NCBI GenBank assembly: GCA_964549305.1
Contig: CAZJVM010000006.1
Location: 10,201 to 73,071, forward strand
Direction: 5' to 3'
Length of the DNA: 62,871 nucleotides
Source: an uncultured bacterium
GTDB taxonomy: Bacteria > Schekmanbacteria > GWA2-38-11 > J061
Shown here: positions 59,915 through 62,871 of the stretch, in pieces
Layout: the number at the start of each line of letters is the position of its first letter
How positions within the stretch are numbered: position 1 is the first letter of the stretch
The notes under the pieces: generated by a model
Told to the model about the DNA's origin: nothing
Databases searched by the model: none
What the model saw: only the letters and a program-made list of their open reading frames with translations
Made by a program: the position numbers and the translations under genes

Positions 59915-60122
59915 GATACTTGTGGGCGCGTTGGGCATGTCATTCCAAAAACAGCTTTTCAAGTGCTAACTCATTGAATTTATTTTCATTATAAATACAA
60001 TTAAGTGCTAAAAAAAACTGTGCCGCATATTTTGCTTGTTTGGTGTTTTTTTTGCAGGCAAAACCTGAAAACTTTAAATCCTTCATATTTCCTGATAATC
60101 TTTTTAAAGAGTTGAAAATTTT

Positions 60123-61703
60123 ATGGAAAGCGAAAAAAGAAAAGGCATATTTCCCTATATCGTTATATTGTTTCTCCTCTCCCTTTTTCTCCTCTATTTT
60201 CTTTTATGGGACAATCCCTTTTCGCAAACTGCAGGTTTTCAGAAATATTCAGTCTCATTTGATAATTTTCACGATAACTTAATATCGGGAAATTTTCTTC
60301 CCCGTTGGGCATCGGAAACGGGTAGGGGGTACGGATATCCCCTTTTCGTGTTTCGTCCTCCTCTGGTTTACTGGATTGGGGAAATTCTGAGGATTTTTTC
60401 ACTTTCACCACCTCTCTCATTTAAAATCATATCGGCAATCTCCATAGTGCTTGCGGCAGTTTCATTCTTTTATTTTTCATCGCTTATCCTAAGCAAAAGG
60501 GGTGCTTTGCTTTCTTCGCTTCTCTATATTTTTTCCCCTCTACCGGTAAAGATTCTTTCCTTTCAGTCAAACTATGATGAAATCGCTTCACTTGTCCTTT
60601 TTCCTCTCACGCTTTTTCTCGCGGCAGGACACCTGCTGCAAAAAAAGGATTCAGACAAAAAGAATTCTTTTTTTCCCCTTACCATATCTATGACAGCGCT
60701 TTTTCTGAGCACAACCTCCACAAAAATCTGCGCCCTTTCACTTCTCATATGGATATTCGTTTTTTCCTTTTACACAAAAGATACCAGCAACAAAAAACCG
60801 CTTTATTCAACGCTCTGTTCTCTTATCGCGTCACTTGCGCTTTCATCCTTTTACTGGATTCCCGCGATTTGTCAGAAAAATCTCGTTTACGGCAAAGTTG
60901 AGCACACAGGCGCGCTGATTGCCTCCGTGGGGGTAATCCCGCTTGTACTTTGCGCTTTGGCGATAACCCTGCGCATCGCCCGAAAAAACACAGGCAGAGG
61001 CGAAAAGATATTATTACTTACTGGCATTGGCGCACTGTCATTGGTCTTTGCGGAAAAAATTTTTTCGTGGAATATTTTTTTCCCGGACAAAGATTCCCTT
61101 ATTCTCTTTTTCATTCTTCCGCTTTTATCCCTTCTTTGCGGTATGGTCTTTCACGAAAGGAAAACCGCCATTAAAAGCGTTTTGATATTTATCTTTTTCG
61201 TCGCCCTTATAATGCTTTCATGTTTTACCTCTTTCCTTCAAAACTTGAGCCAATCTCAGTTTGCGGATGTAATAATTTCTCCCTATGAAAAACCGCCCTT
61301 CGATGTATGGCAGGAATATATGCCGCGAAGTGTGAAAAAAATACCCGAAGACAAATTTGTCTTTCCCATCAAGATAATCTCAGGAAGGGCAAAAATTCTC
61401 AGGGAAGTATATTTTCCCGAAAAAAGGGGGATGCGGTTAAAAACGGGAAGCGAGGGGTGCAGAATACGCCTCAATCTTTTTAATTATCCGGGATGGAAAA
61501 TAAGCATAAAAGAACTTCCAGATCTTTCAACGGAGACAGATGATACGGGGAGAATGTTTGTCAACATTCCAAAAGGGGTTTATTTTTTACGAATTGAATA
61601 TCACCGACAATTCACAGACAATCTTGGTGCGCTTGTTTCTTATGTTGCCCTGCTGATACTCTTTTTAATGTTTATCTACGATAAAAAACCTAATTTTCAA
61701 TAA
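60123..61703 (+). CDS. Polytopic membrane protein, PTPS-related/GT-C-like
   Basis: PRWA...GYGYPLFVF.PPL, LALSSFYWIPA, EYMP, FNYPGW. Confidence 0.7.
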   Translation: MESEKRKGIFPYIVILFLLSLFLLYFLLWDNPFSQTAGFQKYSVSFDNFHDNLISGNFLPRWASETGRGYGYPLFVFRPPLVYWIGEILRIFSLSPPLSFKIISAISIVLAAVSFFYFSSLILSKRGALLSSLLYIFSPLPVKILSFQSNYDEIASLVLFPLTLFLAAGHLLQKKDSDKKNSFFPLTISMTALFLSTTSTKICALSLLIWIFVFSFYTKDTSNKKPLYSTLCSLIASLALSSFYWIPAICQKNLVYGKVEHTGALIASVGVIPLVLCALAITLRIARKNTGRGEKILLLTGIGALSLVFAEKIFSWNIFFPDKDSLILFFILPLLSLLCGMVFHERKTAIKSVLIFIFFVALIMLSCFTSFLQNLSQSQFADVIISPYEKPPFDVWQEYMPRSVKKIPEDKFVFPIKIISGRAKILREVYFPEKRGMRLKTGSEGCRIRLNLFNYPGWKISIKELPDLSTETDDTGRMFVNIPKGVYFLRIEYHRQFTDNLGALVSYVALLILFLMFIYDKKPNFQ

Positions 61704-62361
61704 TCCTGCCGTCTCTGATTACAATGTTTCTGTGTGAAAAGCGCGTATTCTCGCCATTATGCGTTACCATTACGATGGTATGCCCCTGACGGTTCAATTC
61801 CCTGAAAAGTTCCATAATCTCCTTTCCCGTGGTGGTGTCGAGGTTTCCTGTAGGTTCATCGGCAAGTATGACAGGTGGATTGTTAATCACTGCACGCGCT
61901 ATTGCAACTCTCTCCTGCTCGCCTCCCGAAAGCTCACAGGGAAGTCTTTGTGCTTTGCGGGAAAGGCCCACTCTTTCAAGCACAGCAAGGGCAGATTTAA
62001 TCTTCTCCTCTTTTTTCATAATTTTTACGGCAAGGGGAATCATCACATTCTCGATTACGGTTAAATATGAAACAAGGTTGAAATCCTGAAAAACGAATCC
62101 CAGATATTCGCTCCTGAATGCGGCAATCTGCTCGTTTGCAAGGGAGTAGATGTCCATTTCATCAACAGTAACACGCCCTACAGACGGATGCGTCAACCCT
62201 CCCAATATGGACAAAAAGGTGCTTTTACCGGAGCCCGATGGTCCCATAACGGTAACAAATTCTCCGTCGTCTATTGCCCCATCAACTCCGTCAAGGGCAG
62301 TCACTTCGTCGCTTGCGCTCAGATACTTTTTGGTAAGACCGCTTATTTCTATAAAACTCAT
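61690..62361 (-). CDS. ABC transporter ATP-binding protein (LolD/MacB-like)
   Basis: GPSGSGKST, GFVFQ, LSGGEQERVAIARA, ADEPTGNLD. Confidence 0.95.
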   Translation of the reverse strand: MSFIEISGLTKKYLSASDEVTALDGVDGAIDDGEFVTVMGPSGSGKSTFLSILGGLTHPSVGRVTVDEMDIYSLANEQIAAFRSEYLGFVFQDFNLVSYLTVIENVMIPLAVKIMKKEEKIKSALAVLERVGLSRKAQRLPCELSGGEQERVAIARAVINNPPVILADEPTGNLDTTTGKEIMELFRELNRQGHTIVMVTHNGENTRFSHRNIVIRDGRIIEN

Positions 62362-62373
62362 TCTGACAACTCC

Positions 62374-62871
62374 CTAAATCGACCTTAACGCAATGGTAGG
62401 GTCAAGTCTGGACGCCTTTTTCGCAGGATAATAACTTGCCGCAATGCCCGCAAGCACTGACACTGCAACAGAAGATAAAAAGAGCGTATAATTGAATCCC
62501 AAAGGCGATGCCGCGACATCCTTCATTATATTGAGGACAAGATATGACGCCGAAATGCCCGCGCCATATCCCGCAACTCCTGAAATTGCGCCCATTATTA
62601 CCGCCTCCAGGAGAAAGACGGTCATTATGTTTTTCTGCTGAAAACCGATTGCGCGAAATATTCCTATTTCCTTCTTCCTCTCGTTTACTGAACCCATCAT
62701 CGTGACAAAGACGAGAAGCACTCCGATAAAAATCACGATTCCTGAAATGCCCATTGCAAAGTCCCTGAAATGCCCCAATGTTTCCATTCTGCTTGTAACC
62801 ACCTCCTTGAGTGCGCGCACCCTGCTGTTTGGCACCACAGAGGAAATCTGCCCCACAATATCGTCAATGGG
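62374..62871 (-). CDS. ABC transporter permease (FtsX/MacB family), 5' part outside window
   Basis: SVNERKKEIGIFRAIG, FLLEA, YPAKKASRLDPTIALR. Confidence 0.9.
   Translation of the reverse strand, partial: PIDDIVGQISSVVPNSRVRALKEVVTSRMETLGHFRDFAMGISGIVIFIGVLLVFVTMMGSVNERKKEIGIFRAIGFQQKNIMTVFLLEAVIMGAISGVAGYGAGISASYLVLNIMKDVAASPLGFNYTLFLSSVAVSVLAGIAASYYPAKKASRLDPTIALRSI

Noticed and set aside
59961-60011. Two AAGTGCTAA copies resembling CIRCE half-sites
   Set aside because: No matching TTAGCACTC arm at 9-bp spacing and no chaperone gene nearby.
60041-60056. TGGTGT-N5-TTGCA as a fourth sigma54 promoter
   Set aside because: GG-N10-GC spacing fits, but the -24 element is poor and lies in a poly-T run; too weak to call.
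60050-60090. GGCAAAACCTGAAAA as a c-di-GMP-I riboswitch start
   Set aside because: The downstream GACGCAAAG segment and P2 stem are absent.
35-62388. Numerous 60-200 aa antisense or alternate-frame ORFs in the track
   Set aside because: They shadow well-supported genes and show no independent motifs.
61690-62871. ABC transporter as exporter of the 20-aa peptide
   Set aside because: About 9 kb away, separated by housekeeping genes, with no peptidase domain; nothing links them.

Overview
Bacterial chromosomal window; gene content and sigma54/sigma28 architecture look deltaproteobacterial-like, but taxonomy cannot be fixed from sequence alone. 1-20 kb is an AT-rich flagellar cluster: HDOD, MCP-like, motAB, fliK-like, flhB-C, flgFGAHIJMNKL, csrA, fliW, PilZ, fliC, fliD, fliS, fliT-like. 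20-39.7 kb holds two operons with sigma54-type promoters that probably glycosylate flagellin (GT2/GT4/MT/TPR, 2x GT9, CgeB-like GTs, an epimerase, two cobalamin-dependent radical SAM enzymes), plus a convergent radical SAM gene. 39.8-62.9 kb is mixed: secreted GH114-like and SBBP proteins, a UbiU/UbiV-like U32 pair, YIP1, a macrodomain, a bilin-reductase-like protein, an Fe-S/sulfur-relay operon, holB/holA, nadE, an orphan MshEN-GspE/PilB ATPase, a GT-C-like membrane protein and an ABC transporter. Best candidate for an undescribed system: an RRE-radical SAM/SPASM enzyme (51569-52753) followed by an unannotated 20-aa Cys-rich peptide gene (52882-52944, MKIRKVSKSTSSTCKCKSSC) with a very strong RBS and its own terminator, i.e. 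a probable minimal RiPP. No rRNA, tRNA, CRISPR or mobile element was recognised. All family calls are by motif recognition; no database searches were run.
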